Positions 56,701 to 61,900 of a stretch of DNA of 64,000 nt are shown one piece after another. The notes under the pieces were generated by a model. The model ran no database searches, was not told where the DNA came from, and saw nothing but the letters and a program-made list of their open reading frames with translations. The first letter of the stretch is position 1. The number at the start of each line of letters is the position of its first letter. Source of the stretch: Ostreococcus lucimarinus (Eukaryota); the NCBI GenBank assembly GCA_000092065.1, contig CP000595.1; one strand, given 5' to 3'. The translations under genes were made by a program, and so were the position numbers.

Positions 56701-58742
56701 AAGATAACACTGAGTCGGTGTTATTGGTGGCGGATCCACAGATAAGATGCAATTTTGATAAGCACTTGCAGTGGAAGCCTGTTGCGTTGATTGGTTTCAT
56801 TCTCTATCCGGTTGGTTTGTTCCTTGCCGCATTTGGCTGGCTTTACGTCCATCGATCAAGCTCAAAGACGCGACCGCGCGTGCACGTCTTGGCCACGAGA
56901 GCGTCTCAGATTGAGAAGGCTCGCGCCGATCAGGTTGAACAATTCAATGCACGTTACGGTATGATGTACAACTGCCTTCGTCCACAATTTTATCTATGGA
57001 TATGTGTTGACCTAGGCAAAAAGTTTTCCATCGTTGGCGTCAAGGTTTTGTTCCCGAACGACATTTTGTTGCAATCATTCGTCTCGATGGTTGTCTTCGT
57101 AACTTTCGGGATCATGAGCACGAGGAATCCTTACGTGAGTGTGAACTTGAACGTAGCGGAAATGCTTGCGACATTCATGAACTCAATCACGCTCATCGCA
57201 GGGTTCTACTTCCAGCTTGGTATCATGGATGACGTGTCTACGCAGATCGCCACGTACGTTATCATCAGTGGTTTGGCTGGCACGACGATTGTCTTGACCG
57301 TCATCGTCGTCGTCGAGTTTTTCCCATGGATGAAGCGCTTGTTTTTCTTGCTCAAGTACAACACGCAAACCGATATTTACAAACCAGATAAAATCGGCAC
57401 GCACGAAAGTGGACCGCAAGGAACTTCGTGCTACATTTTTGCTTCAGATTCAGCGTTCAGATACTGGTGCTGGCGCACAGTTCGTCATCCAGTTTTTGAC
57501 CGTCTCATCACAGCCACCGTGATGATGAGCGTCGGTTGTCTCATTTCGGAGTCTGTCTTATACGACGAAACTTTCACGTCATCTGCGTACGTGCGCATCG
57601 TGTGGTTCAATTCGTTCATGAACGGTATCTTTGTTTTGGAAGCTGCCGTGAAAATCATTGCCATGGGTTTCATCCTTGGCGATGGCGCGTACCTGCGCGA
57701 TACTTTCAACTGCATCGACTTTTTAGTCATCATGTTGCAGTTCATTCTCTTCGCAGTGAACATCACGACGAATGTCACCGGTGCGAGAAGTGCGAGATTT
57801 GTCAAATTCGCGCGCGTGGCGAAGGTCAGAGTCATTCGCGTCTTCCGAAGATTCCTGCAGTTTAACGCCGTCCGCGGCGAGAAATTCCGTCTGATGCTAC
57901 TTGAGGCGAAGGCGGAGGACACGCCCGCGCTCAGCGAGAGCATCGAGCGACTTCGCGTGGTTTTTGAACCACGCAGTGCCGAGACGATGGAATACAACTT
58001 GCGGGTGCTACAGCCCGATGTTTTGCGCGTCGCCCAAGGACTGATTGACGAGCTTTACCAAGAAAAGTTTGATCCTGAATTGGTCGCCGTGTACGAATCT
58101 CAAACCGACGCCGTGCATCAGATGGTGCAGAAGCAATATCACGACATCGTGTACGAATGGCTCGCTTTCGTGGCAGAACCTGGGCAAAAGCGCGCATTTT
58201 TGGCCACGCTGAAGAACATCCGAGACGTCGCCCTGGATCTCGGTCCTGAGGGCATCGCCAAAGAAATGCTTCGTCAAAAGTACGACATCGCCGCCATTCT
58301 CAACACGGCGTTGTACAAGGTTCCAGCCGATGTCAAGACGGACACGCGAGCGTATAAACGAAAGATTGCGAAAGACGCCAAGTCATTCACCAGCACAAAG
58401 GCAACCATCAGCAAACAATTCAACGCCTTCCAGGCTTCCATGCAAAGTGACGACCGCGTCGAAGATGCACTCAACCAGTTGCCGCTGCACTCGGTGGAGG
58501 AAGACAGCGCTCTCGCCAAACGGCGCGCCGAGAACGCGAGCGTGCGCATTCGTAACCGCTCGCTCAATGCGAGTGCAAAAGAGAAAATCATCCAAGATGA
58601 TCTTCAACAGAAAACCTCAGGCGCGGGCGAGCTCCTCGCAGCGGCGTCTAGCGTCGTCGCTGAAGACGACGTCGCTCCCGCCGCGCCGGCACCGGTGAAA
58701 TCGTCCGGATTGTTGGCGCGTTTCCGAAAGAAAAAGACGTGA
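35778..58742 (+). CDS. Giant multidomain membrane protein (7,684-aa ORF; probable start Met 35778): signal peptide, PSI, EGF/tenascin-like repeats, Kringle, very long beta-rich extracellular region with cadherin-like PVNDPP repeats, ephrin-receptor-like Cys repeats, multi-pass TM module, coiled coil, C-terminal voltage-sensor domain (S1-S4) and ~290-aa tail
   Basis: 23-kb stop-free frame. Signal peptide MATATAPTPTRSARTPSAWTRTAMIAIALFAALGGATPG. PSI (GECLDTCGAALTCGECADQSGCGWCHTTGRC). EGF-like (CSSGYGGDGCEKMCPGG...CFCNPGYVGSRC; multiple). Kringle (GKQCQSW...ECRNPSSDAHPWCYV). PVNDPPLAEN / VNDPPIIDID. CDLCPVGSFNS...CVQCPAGSYTS...CVPCPADTYAS...CTPCPANTRS. VSD (see separate feature). Confidence 0.8.
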   Translation: MATATAPTPTRSARTPSAWTRTAMIAIALFAALGGATPGRAAFTADVCYGASWEPTATATKASIGKTVKPVTAVPKEHPLFVDAFAKACLDVGNAAGNTSAATTVRLPKRTNAGNETYWSNAAGACATSPTVSAGQLFYNRAEMGSTLSYADSNTGLEKDKTVRIVFVNDDGKGAHVVVLAGARAATGSSSPEVGLMMEGGSLKNSANVVIEEPRGLTNVVTSGSGCDPSVSSASDCYELDTDLGLGKFRWGSGSDQRGIVIGHVADVNSEFAMKFTLLERIDSVEIGSFDDATFAMSWETIPTASALRGFKIRSATCTNHCALHATCASCATDDACGYCSATKTCTKIDGSCSSGFDVIGECLDTCGAALTCGECADQSGCGWCHTTGRCTAAQLDGSAPQDGNCSAFSVGSSAQCATCPGAVTSTMLPAYVDVDRVSAFCNGRGTCDNITRTCTCSSGYGGDGCEKMCPGGASNPCSRNGLCDSASGSCFCNPGYVGSRCNAATIVGTCECGSAHTYLKSDGTQQRVCSGRLDSSGSCVCLEGWSGVNCTVACAGTLTVGTEVCGGHGTCNVGTGQCDCEPCYSRDATSGLCVQDTCSTCDSSNGVCSCVSGSMQCACRGAFDGYACDQCKCGDHGRCNALSGECECDAGYAGELCERLIEPQPTCANGGTWNAALKRCECAGGYTGTLCDAACTTNPCNDLCSGHGTVNVDGTSCTCFTGFSGSTCNTCATGYGPYPKCGATLANGECTDNIVAYTGTTNVTISGKQCQSWSSQSPFAHTYASSSGSTSNECRNPSSDAHPWCYVDHTAITGSYTRGEPRWEFCSVPTCKSAYVNPQKICGVFGGETVVTFDKDSTSGALNAVSQQALTTTNDAVDKTNCGAMNLTNNDITLHANAAAHGDFVARFAEDSGTGYARRIITHIGLKASVSPAHDSVEVHADGTVKVNSVTKTNDLPYSDGSTGVLCVSDWMPVSSGLASTELLQITISETTVANITKFTACTGCAAQLIVVISVPNSVTSTGICATAGSATSVNFDENAEGSAPWGVGAALNAACGTDTHDPGSVSTVQAKWCDQCQYLGEVYDSCVAQMANEGFNFARAAVIEGCRMAFVAIYGYDRTIPSYLTATASTGATLADTVYPYRSYTPSDVQFKSLSDNRLAFDVLDVTETLPEYIVGTTRTDGSRTRMTGLPREFTGETDTTQVFPFPRIEDSCRTASDIGSTSGYRVYTMNYASATDEALEITMCGSATGTNVGVYTKDFVDIPSADWTHNTTSANGNITFTFTPWIDGLATYEARFEYSLASTKKNVTFDVTRTSANVNIGSFEFYPPTASDSYGSVGFEFSVPSAEAAATVSFTMSPTGTGDSTAANSAFISLTAVFIHAKNYAQASLNYPPFGGFKQVSCANFQAASCGSLKFTATQKTYYIVVSGQKFVSGAYSMQIKKLSADLTTVYTVSSNAATSLVRPLTGLDGAADGTLTPYKVAKYGDNIRVVVRASHAIDRPRITLGNYAVPSSKIVSAGAGAEYSATVTVSASMATSGHITVKVEQASTLTSASYGFKTSTHPLGSDIALVVLDNTAPTVSHAWVVNPSYMLAPSSAPSSCTNLTTSTGKDVNVTAAKYAKAGDYIAVIFTPSENVATIGGTIGGQAATKWVRATAPRDVTLAIDAYKITMSAAYVDAAYALVNDITLSDGVLPFSITFTDAVGNVGTTINSAINSLTGVTASSPLADRLSAARLLYDKSPPRPDSWSLRYASSSEMTGNQGSKPVYYHGFDNVASSAKEYRIGDTLVLTGTWTEYVSRPYGAYMRSSASSGVHVPQSAITITEQGGKLTGKLECMAKEFRPRAQEAVSTAQGFGGTSYVTSTYHKSWKVEANTIDPCDIVGKGALAWSARADCQAEHYAGNSLWIPLWSAWCRHGWGTLGYAVLGGVDPAGNSATALRQVSKSPNNADATVVIASSAVAGDAIIRTPIPIAGKIVPSWMNSVPRGDWTADPKVIEVYIEPQNVRWNEYRRVVKVGDMLQIQFYTDQPVKGVRALIGDDKALPPATHSEVASAMNVERPCSSDPDMQTWLGARGLLALAAEEYNDGSQFSNDDDWFDWLVQTSYNYRQPVPNVPNYPNAAVTCTGFWVQRGLRPNGKRYSVRRLCPNRYYLRRSSFAAQAPLTCSDPNDRIYKATDAYNYWVINFRYVTSHQVVNGDGALQIKWQLTTMDDRVLPTGGGWQTSAAFFTSADTSADVNHLKPTSTDAVGAAFDPAISCGRNADTAFNQAGSAVWAVQDTLAPSCASFVTDGSCASTTVARVANSSGTTFPTVTNPATNVAEHVAVVGDYITLIITFDEHIAAGVYVTLNDGVLTARATKVDKYSATFTFEVTQTLAALNTFLEYKVYNLKDIQEANTATATFTTNVFNAEKIRLQSASELTAFSLTNGACSTTSNNVNNQYAKNGNTVNVSVTLPLPPSSANTVLTIHESKLAGVYVTPPTPTCVGTPNACTITMARTVDSLSADFVDGSVVSWSLVVIGTTKCAHHASSLCITRFKLTSCRPTFASEVVLDFTPPSLTSVRLSEPVTSASLVNGTGQVKVDVVSSEQLYTLTYTLDTRGPLCTYDFGMVSAQSMTLTTDGTLTGTHTKTITATYNSASLHCVLEVICITFVGEDMAGHKLTNPTTCRSFSPTDSEDYPGWFMLHNVGTGPSSVSLARPLGLHCMDSSVDTQACANSASVTSTTLEYGNYLALDVSSGYPIGITDISVDGHSVYAATGFGSSTFQNDNAWTIDCSDLVRDDLCVRFATSATCQAYLCPTCQYAGMCDFSCGYCDSRRAFSKTHKLTLKTTDFGLPATDFTNEVVTVSYRTNPAIAPAATMNSTDTLTYTAPTTSSCAGRCGGTAPSGCECNPTCKSRGTCCADAGHCCTVGLPSTGALNVDGGCLRPNAVTLSVTKESWGVDTKGVRKSNVNRYSTIYIKLTGNKPIDVRRVLIGGVLVPDSDVAIEYNSQTSARQSLNEALVAYGNGNDAQFTSKSAAFAGSLATLPSAAYSWDGNEFSIAFPDIPSTLVATIRVNGANLVPQPDGALTYEVVYRERSGAPYFTDNTELTLTGTGPTWLNPPSISSVSYVLLNSSSTCDLSTPGTPVTAAGNGLTKIEIGHQLRTVVTFSSPVVVRKWTVEGAETNCYGTCHLHGLCKLDPHILPPDEHDEAEYITTWTSCRTFDAKEMTTLENLECGVREFIRAVDRSGNLVMGERWNNLYCFTLPPAIPSQGLIKVRGLTSCYRSTTTKKFGPGCIATIHIEADGEIMEPTVKWWNTATNAYANFPSACVMTATDPTSPSSLVWTLTCAGTAAATFPPSNSYTLQLEVSDVRATDESTFTGTARDTDDGYLGSDKDPIIVDNLAPTPTATVPLSCALVIGSQSTITVTYAVEPSWRPTVSAFGAQVGGVIAQTGALSGFHTVWIAPITVPSDWLGGSPMPFVITNGEDEYGNIDTTSHGNYLSNDNVLTGDVNCSVNVDAPRVTSATCASPSPRVVKPGGSVTVDFSTNVAVTIPSGCVKISGVTVTPTDLGGSKKSWRATATIPSDPPACDGEVALSICAEITDTGNNTGVEVVTQFFGPESEACLIDGTAPVLQLIDFTSDNTYDSKLATVGDTVRLYFEASEMITAPTITLFATATPSATAVETSGPSRRRFPSTVLNAGGTQYATIWTAEYVVDGTTPVGALTWDATGFMDRATNDGTKSACADWNPPSCSIVHAAQTTAQRALEPSINFVGDVVQTFNNFLTTSPSGNVSTLFSCYANSSSTSLSALNLAILKTDLSRHDIVAGGIFQHHLMTAQDLWWQRGGACGTANGLMCRSTCGRCNDAAVVVHRTTTTLTVANVTAGGTAIPGDQCPGGVGTCMCNPTLGDQSEARYIVSTSARDLVSKPTIRFNDTSGTVYTVPEANIVAVSPVMWPTLPTVDCLSESTVRDGVCDPSATLNNRDGCWDGGDCCQDTCRQVFSDGAYCQAQDCRDHSISPVTGRPTSGFWSSYNAKALVARELSVEWKVTFPVDDTLPLIDGVLTGTACCMQDKSGLDVLHANKGTFVAGAPCLDAVLTRDTSCLLRAALTADNGEFVVKENQPVSLTLEFEGNPRGMNCTIGGESVTMTQTRAASSGVTALWSTTRTSVNAVDTAIATRIAASEEQKRRHELLPEVFELNLWANCSRGVTIPFECSISDCGGNLFEITDAVDPTSDVCFDYVRPDATSIGQTSSNTCSNAYAKVGDTLILNVTMDADVSNPTAYTLAGEACTLRTFGTNAFTCDVVVSSTTIEGPANFTFDGIKSSVPAYLDAVNTSYTELKTLSPDGVVTLGGDRVIIDRTAPTFDSLAMYSLEVANKTCQKRCTVRVAIDAAEELSSCTATIGGITANITGTGSERVAEAYIDENSGIAAGEITFSVICLDLACNSVTTSTLVGDTDAVIYSLDRDIPLEVLFYSDRPGHLEIGNENDCLMMEMRFLLAVELKAIVMGNITNNALSLWNITTTGGALVVPGTTHTYYLITHCITDAWGTEDWPVVPWSFTYDDGLQDVVWNTTFTSDVNFPRVVRLDLEDPVATYVYAFTTGANDPSAGLGDALYLDIIASEAVVAPTVTFGGVTLNATDVSQVGTSSEWRAGPYIVKNSTDDPNILKDINDCFLFSVTLKDLVDHTSILYSQQVNATGSLNCVTQRVDIDQDAPTIVWLQTEYVTATTVDFTFAVDELSNVSYVVLPRGAVEPTPLEVQAGTGAAGTGAVASGVKEYLGSSTPSPGAGAGGKGQDVLNITGLLAGTNYDVWFVPFDRFGNSQTEAQSRWIRTVGLDMLINSLATQEGGYTDVIQVKLTQVPTADVSVTISERSGIGNVVLVDQALSLTDYVSSVTLVFTPITWNVAQEVGVKAVDDIYVEDQHTEELKFDVRSLDVRYDALVDPNRTVVIADNDECGVIVYDPNNRPLERTLSCSANAVIALLNYSVAEDTTVYADIYLQAAVRGDDVRVTLTSSDLTQISSPASVTLTFNETNYNLAQRVPIIPVYSCVAALDRYVPIAVSVESATTCGDLVVPEIPVYVTDLQKVGLAFTKAQITGPPGSNYEFDMYLTSQPTSDVQVSLATLPDAFGADLYGSASFNCGAQGPVWTFSADECSVPVTCIVTLVGDDTKCGDVTLQVGAKVTSLDSMYNGISSSPPNMTILETANAAGWYIRNADNTEFIVTPPDAPNGTLPLEPWKVNEQIETGIYTITPTTALCKTVTLRPYIPDTDYARYATISPRQVTLEAGFFGPTKFKVIFPRNYNVPVTNDIVQIWHDVVYGTDDPDYLALSPNLGGSALPVEIVEYDVAGLLLGNGAENTVLIDEPCSTDVTTQVSSLGFTLSSAPSATVVVSLSEMNYNATQLAILKANKHLVLGTTSLSFTPNNWNIPQPVMVSAISYDNLTEARTAYVCGDMTSDDDVYQALNQTCYPVHICDCSGSCGLISFDDHANCTFAADQLNNTEITFPPSMKQLSSCWNISATCGGIQVASLSAAGHDPVMTNFTTLPDSEAYSVSLDKVQRLFYTTQWSVIDKLELPLSLIDGGMQGLTDASGTYCLGISSSSFVVNNTANGGLFVEKAAPMSAFANSFEILPAAANTFDSDVYILEVRVLAGASPLTDSYSLNCTDGGNFSAPGGCIIGPSLRGYFNNATQVMTFTNTAYLPEADLANAAGRKLLGKYPYPSQRRRLLQAPAAPAPASTSQFVWAVNNITFSDISLDPTGATRMMNTRVVDQFGAIVEGPILNIDTEGVNDPPIIDIDLPLIYTEKESLTLNAPLQAYDVDNYNWTQCVVNITDIANNFMAGDTFSYNKTAIVEYYQYWNTSLPAGFVDIDATFTDSQRTVTFAGLAPPAAYLRAMRNLVLLNAGPAMTADDRYIMFCCQDPEALNNKGCGLQRVVFQPVNDPPLAENKIVYLADPRVGGLTGETVPGSDPDGDTFTFNISCLPNKGDLTFNTATGQFDYAPYPNMIGDDRFVYFTWDGYTGPNERPLQSKYATVEIRIGNGETNPVAQDINVDVWENSAEYFTFSATDADSTNTEMTNDILRYQIFEEPELNVAGIQLDTQQMSGGKRYSENATFQYTAFSSSDLVRRVSERMANYGTNFDFNTLARENHPGFNVTSFKYVAIDLSGRVSNVANAWVWVRLTSETNSRPSANAMTFTTPESVGVASNFDTADSESPLQLRHTLPSLALQPTLGVAAQVGIAASPYGKAFTYEPFPFYYGVDVFEYLVTDPHGSTSDLTTITVTVSQVDQPPQGACGVNSTLKSSADPTYDLKGRTAELSVLMGYQIIRAKTMRYLINPERRDLEFYNYLPFINDLSKFDSVIDHQNIFLSCGSTSALTTAAIYHDQVTAVALLAYDVDQAVNDTIRYVLSELPTIASSDAARGTAGYAGTLYRYVAPNGTYYNSTGTTVYSYTSDSVTGLTPLAAGDTIGDAANGAVMLLFKPREYIHGPITFKWHAVDTTTSARGDDVAMTISAMCRGGESVNADHGETCDLCPVGSFNSANIADQQSCVQCPAGSYTSATGSTICVPCPADTYASTAGSQVCTPCPANTRSPSGSDDVSDCLCDIGFVVSNSPQCHPCALDRVKCTELGQYTPLPYDGFWQDSTNGKRNLTCIPGLACQEKFDKDEVRTGACAQPRFYANNVTNSPAYVGDGCSKCAKDHYRYASFCEACDPVQEVRIFFVILAYCVALYAMFELATHPAIPSLTILLSFTQITAQMQYFEIPWPKALARWMQVASLAVADLQILGLDCVSTWDYFTRFATTMFAPFVWVFVLGIAIILRCWREIANQAYANVQRRRLIERRRLLHEFDVDAKKWTDLAIARDGLPFDRPDLKGKGDDYNALELHLYGNTKNEGLRKRVFKEGVEELRKADLRAKSSQEQSKTERKLRQTKDEIEELEKQKAVSARIIRDNVNRAIPSLVIVMWWGYMLLSRTAIEYFECKDNTESVLLVADPQIRCNFDKHLQWKPVALIGFILYPVGLFLAAFGWLYVHRSSSKTRPRVHVLATRASQIEKARADQVEQFNARYGMMYNCLRPQFYLWICVDLGKKFSIVGVKVLFPNDILLQSFVSMVVFVTFGIMSTRNPYVSVNLNVAEMLATFMNSITLIAGFYFQLGIMDDVSTQIATYVIISGLAGTTIVLTVIVVVEFFPWMKRLFFLLKYNTQTDIYKPDKIGTHESGPQGTSCYIFASDSAFRYWCWRTVRHPVFDRLITATVMMSVGCLISESVLYDETFTSSAYVRIVWFNSFMNGIFVLEAAVKIIAMGFILGDGAYLRDTFNCIDFLVIMLQFILFAVNITTNVTGARSARFVKFARVAKVRVIRVFRRFLQFNAVRGEKFRLMLLEAKAEDTPALSESIERLRVVFEPRSAETMEYNLRVLQPDVLRVAQGLIDELYQEKFDPELVAVYESQTDAVHQMVQKQYHDIVYEWLAFVAEPGQKRAFLATLKNIRDVALDLGPEGIAKEMLRQKYDIAAILNTALYKVPADVKTDTRAYKRKIAKDAKSFTSTKATISKQFNAFQASMQSDDRVEDALNQLPLHSVEEDSALAKRRAENASVRIRNRSLNASAKEKIIQDDLQQKTSGAGELLAAASSVVAEDDVAPAAPAPVKSSGLLARFRKKKT
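38025..38275 (+). other. Kringle domain within the 7,684-aa protein
   Basis: GECTDNIVAYTGTTNVTISGKQCQSWSSQSPFAHTY...SNECRNPSSDAHPWCYVDH...EFCSVPTC fits the kringle pattern: C..YRG-like / CQ.W / (F/Y)CRNP / PWC(Y/F) / C...C. Confidence 0.65.
55900..57300 (+). other. Multi-pass TM module of the 7,684-aa protein (shared with the 3,246-aa paralogue) with an intervening charged coiled-coil loop
   Basis: Hydrophobic segments RIFFVILAYCVALYAMF, ASLAVADLQILGLDCVSTWDYF, MFAPFVWVFVLGIAIIL, IPSLVIVMWWGYMLL, VALIGFILYPVGLFLAAFGWLYV, etc. Loop EELRKADLRAKSSQEQSKTERKLRQTKDEIEELEKQKA. Confidence 0.6.
57456..57860 (+). other. Voltage-sensor domain (VIC-superfamily S1-S4) at the C-terminus of the 7,684-aa protein; no S5-pore-S6 follows
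   Basis: HPVFDRLITATVMMSVGCLISE (S1); IVWFNSFMNGIFVLEAAVKIIAMGFILGDGAYLRDTFNCIDFLVIMLQFILFAV (S2-S3); RSARFVKFARVAKVRVIRVFRRF (S4, R/K every third residue). Compare Nav/Cav repeat-I: [31 protein letters not shown]... and S4 ALRTFRVLRALKTIS. The sequence after S4 (FLQFNAVRGEKFRLMLLEAKAEDTPALSE...) is hydrophilic to the stop. Confidence 0.7.
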
Positions 58743-58902
58743 TCGTCATCAAACAAAGTTCAATTATTAATTTACCCCACTAGCGGCGCTTGGGATCACG
58801 ACATTAGCGCCTTGATCCTTGTTATAACGCACCACAGTTATACCGCGCCGACGCGCCGCACACGCCGCCTCGCTCGACGCACCCGATGGCGTGAATCCCG
58901 GA

Positions 58903-61900
58903 ATGTCGCCCCCCACGCTCGACGCCGCGCTTCGTCGCAACGCACGCGAGCGCCCGAGCGCCATCGCGTGCGTCCTCGTCCCGAACGCGCGCGAGAAGAA
59001 CCGAAAGTGCTTCTTCACTTGGGACGAGTTACACGGCGTCGTCGACGCCCTCGCGCGCGTCTTGCGCGCCGACCGCCATCCGCGCGTTCTGAGCTTTTGT
59101 CGCGACGGCGTCGAGGCGTTCGTGGCGCTGCACGCGTGCGCGCGGGCGCGGAAGAGTTTGGTGAACGTGGACGCGGCGACGCCGGCGAGCAGGATTCGGG
59201 ACGTCGCGCGGGACGCGAACGCGACGACGTGTCTGTGCGCGAACGACGGCGATGAAGACTCGGTAAAATCGGTGTTAGGAGAAGACGGTGTCGCGGTGCG
59301 CGTGTGGGAGGTGATTAATGCGGGCGCGGAGGCGATCGAGGCGGAAGAGGACGAGACGCGAGAGGACGACGAAATTTGGATTGCGTACACGAGCGGGACG
59401 ACGGGAAAATGCAAGGGCGCCGCGGCGACGCATCGACGCGCGATGGCGTACGCACGGGCGAAGTGTGAGGTGGAAGAGATCGACGCGTGCTCGCGGGTGT
59501 GCTTGGCGTCGAACGCGACGTTCGATTTGTGGCACGGCGACGCGTGCGCGGCGGCGGCGGCGGGCGCCGCCGTCGTCGTCGCGTCTCGCGCGACTTTTCA
59601 ACACGATTTCGCGAGAGTGTTGCGAGAGGGCGAAGTCACGCACGTGTGTTGCACGCCGACGATGTTCTCGCTGGCGCGACTTCCGCGTGGGATCGTGGAC
59701 GCACCGAAGTTGCGATGCGTATCGCTGGCGGGGGAGCGCATGCGCGAGAGCACAATCGCACTATGGGCCGACGACGTGGCGTTGTACAACGTGTACGGTG
59801 CCACGGAAACGACTGTGGTGCAAACGTACGCAAGAATGCGCAATGCAGAAGACGAAAGCACGAATCGGGCGGGGAAAGCGTACGAAGGATTTGCCAGCGT
59901 GTTCGTCGTGGATGAAATGCGCGAAGGCGAATTGGCGGTGCAATCCTTCGCGCAGAGACGCGGCGTCGAAGGCGAAGTTGCCATCGGCGGTATTTGCGTC
60001 GCAGACGGGTATTTGAACGACCCCGAACGCACGGCACGTGCGTTCGTTCACTCACCATTCGGTACCGTCTATCTCACGGGCGATCGCGGGTACATCGATG
60101 ACGCAGGCGATTTGTATTTGCGCGGTAGACTCGATCGCCAAGTCAAGATTCGCGGTCATCGCGTCGAGTTGGATGAAATCGAAGCCGCGCTTCGTTCGTG
60201 CCCCGCACTATGCGACGACGCCGTCGTGTTCTACGATGCCAATGAGGGAGTGCTGACTTCCCACGCACGAGCAGCTTCGCCGACGTTCGACGCGTCGAGC
60301 GATGCAGATTTATACGCGTTCGCGCTCGAACGCGTCGTCGAGCTACGATTGCCGCGACACATGGTGCCTCGTCGACACGTCTTCATCGAGCACGCGCGAT
60401 GGCCTTTGACTTCGAGTGGAAAAACGAATCGTCAGATACTGCTTCAATGGTTTGCGAGCGGCGAGACGAAGGCGTTTCGACCTAAGCGTGAGAAACCGCA
60501 AGCGGGATTGGAAACAGTCGTCGCGAACGCTTGGGCTGTCGCGCTGGGGCACGGCGACGCGAGCGATATCGGCGCCCTCGACGCGTTCGATGCGCTCGGT
60601 GGAACCTCACTCAACGTTCTCGCAGTTTCAAAAGCGCTGGCGAGCGACGACGGAATCGTGCGCTCGCGCGATACCGCGCGTGGCGAAATTGTGCGCGAAG
60701 CGCGAATTGGTTTACGCGACGGCGAAGCTGCGGCGCTGCTCAACGACGGCGAAGAACCCGCGGCGTGCGCGTTCGACGTCATCGACGGCCCGTTCGCACC
60801 GTGCGAAATATTCGCGAGACCCGTGCTTCGCGATTACGTTGATTATTTGCGAGCGCAAGGTATAGACGCCGACGTGAACGCTCCCGCGTCCACCGCCGTC
60901 GAGCCACAGCGAGATACATCTGCGAATCGTCGCATGCTCGCGGCGTGCGGTCGCGGCGTCGCCCCCGTCGTTCGCGCTTTGCTCGCGACCGGCGTCGAAG
61001 CATCGGGCGAGCACCTTCGAGCCGCCGCCGCGAGCCTCGCCGACGAAGCCGTGGACGTAGTGCAAACTTTACTCGCCGCCGGTGCGGATGCAAGTTCATC
61101 ATCCGCCACAGCCGGTACGCTCGCGACGCACGTCGCCGCCGCTCGCGGGAACTCTGAAATGTTAGAAATGTTGCTCGCCGCCGGCGCTCCAGCGGGAGCG
61201 AAGGACGCGGATAAGCAAACGATTTGTCACTTAGCAGTGCGGAGCGGGGATGTGAGTACCGTGCGCGTCGCGGCAAACGCGTGTAAACACTTGAAGACAC
61301 GCAAAGGTGGCTTGGAGTCGTGGGATCGTTGGAAGCGCACGCCCGCAGCGTGGGCGCTCGTCGCGGGATCGAGTGAAATTTTAGCCGAGTTGCGAGATGC
61401 CGGGGCGAATTTAACATCGCTTGAAACTGACGTCTCCAACGCCTGGGTGCACGGTTCGCTGAGCGCAAAGAGCGAGGTGCAGTTGGCGCATCGCCCGGTT
61501 CGCAAGCGAGGTGCCGCGGCGGAGGTGTTGAGCGCGCTCGCGGCTAGATTGGACGCCGCAAACGTCGAGAGCGAACGTATTGAAGCGGCGACGGCGATTC
61601 GCGAGCTCGTGTGCGCAAACGCAGAGAATCGAGAAAAGGCGCGAACGATCGGTTTGGTGCCAAAACTGTGCGAACTCGCGCGCGATCGTCACTGCGTTGA
61701 AGCCATCGGCGCGTTGAGAAATTTAGCCACCAACACGAGCGCGGCAGGGGCGGCTGGCGACGCCGGAGCTATGGAAATCCTCGGTGATGTCATTCGCGCT
61801 CGTGCTAAATTAAAAGACAGCGAGCTGAGTGCTGACGATAGGCGAGTAGTGTACGCTGCGGCGAGCGCGATGCGCGCGTTGGCGGTGAAGCACGACGCGA

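Noticed and set aside
57456-58742. Interpreting the C-terminal VSD as part of a complete voltage-gated channel (S1-S6)
   Set aside because: No hydrophobic S5, pore helix/selectivity filter or S6 follows S4. The remaining ~290 residues are hydrophilic. A downstream exon cannot be excluded, but none is visible before the next gene at 58903.
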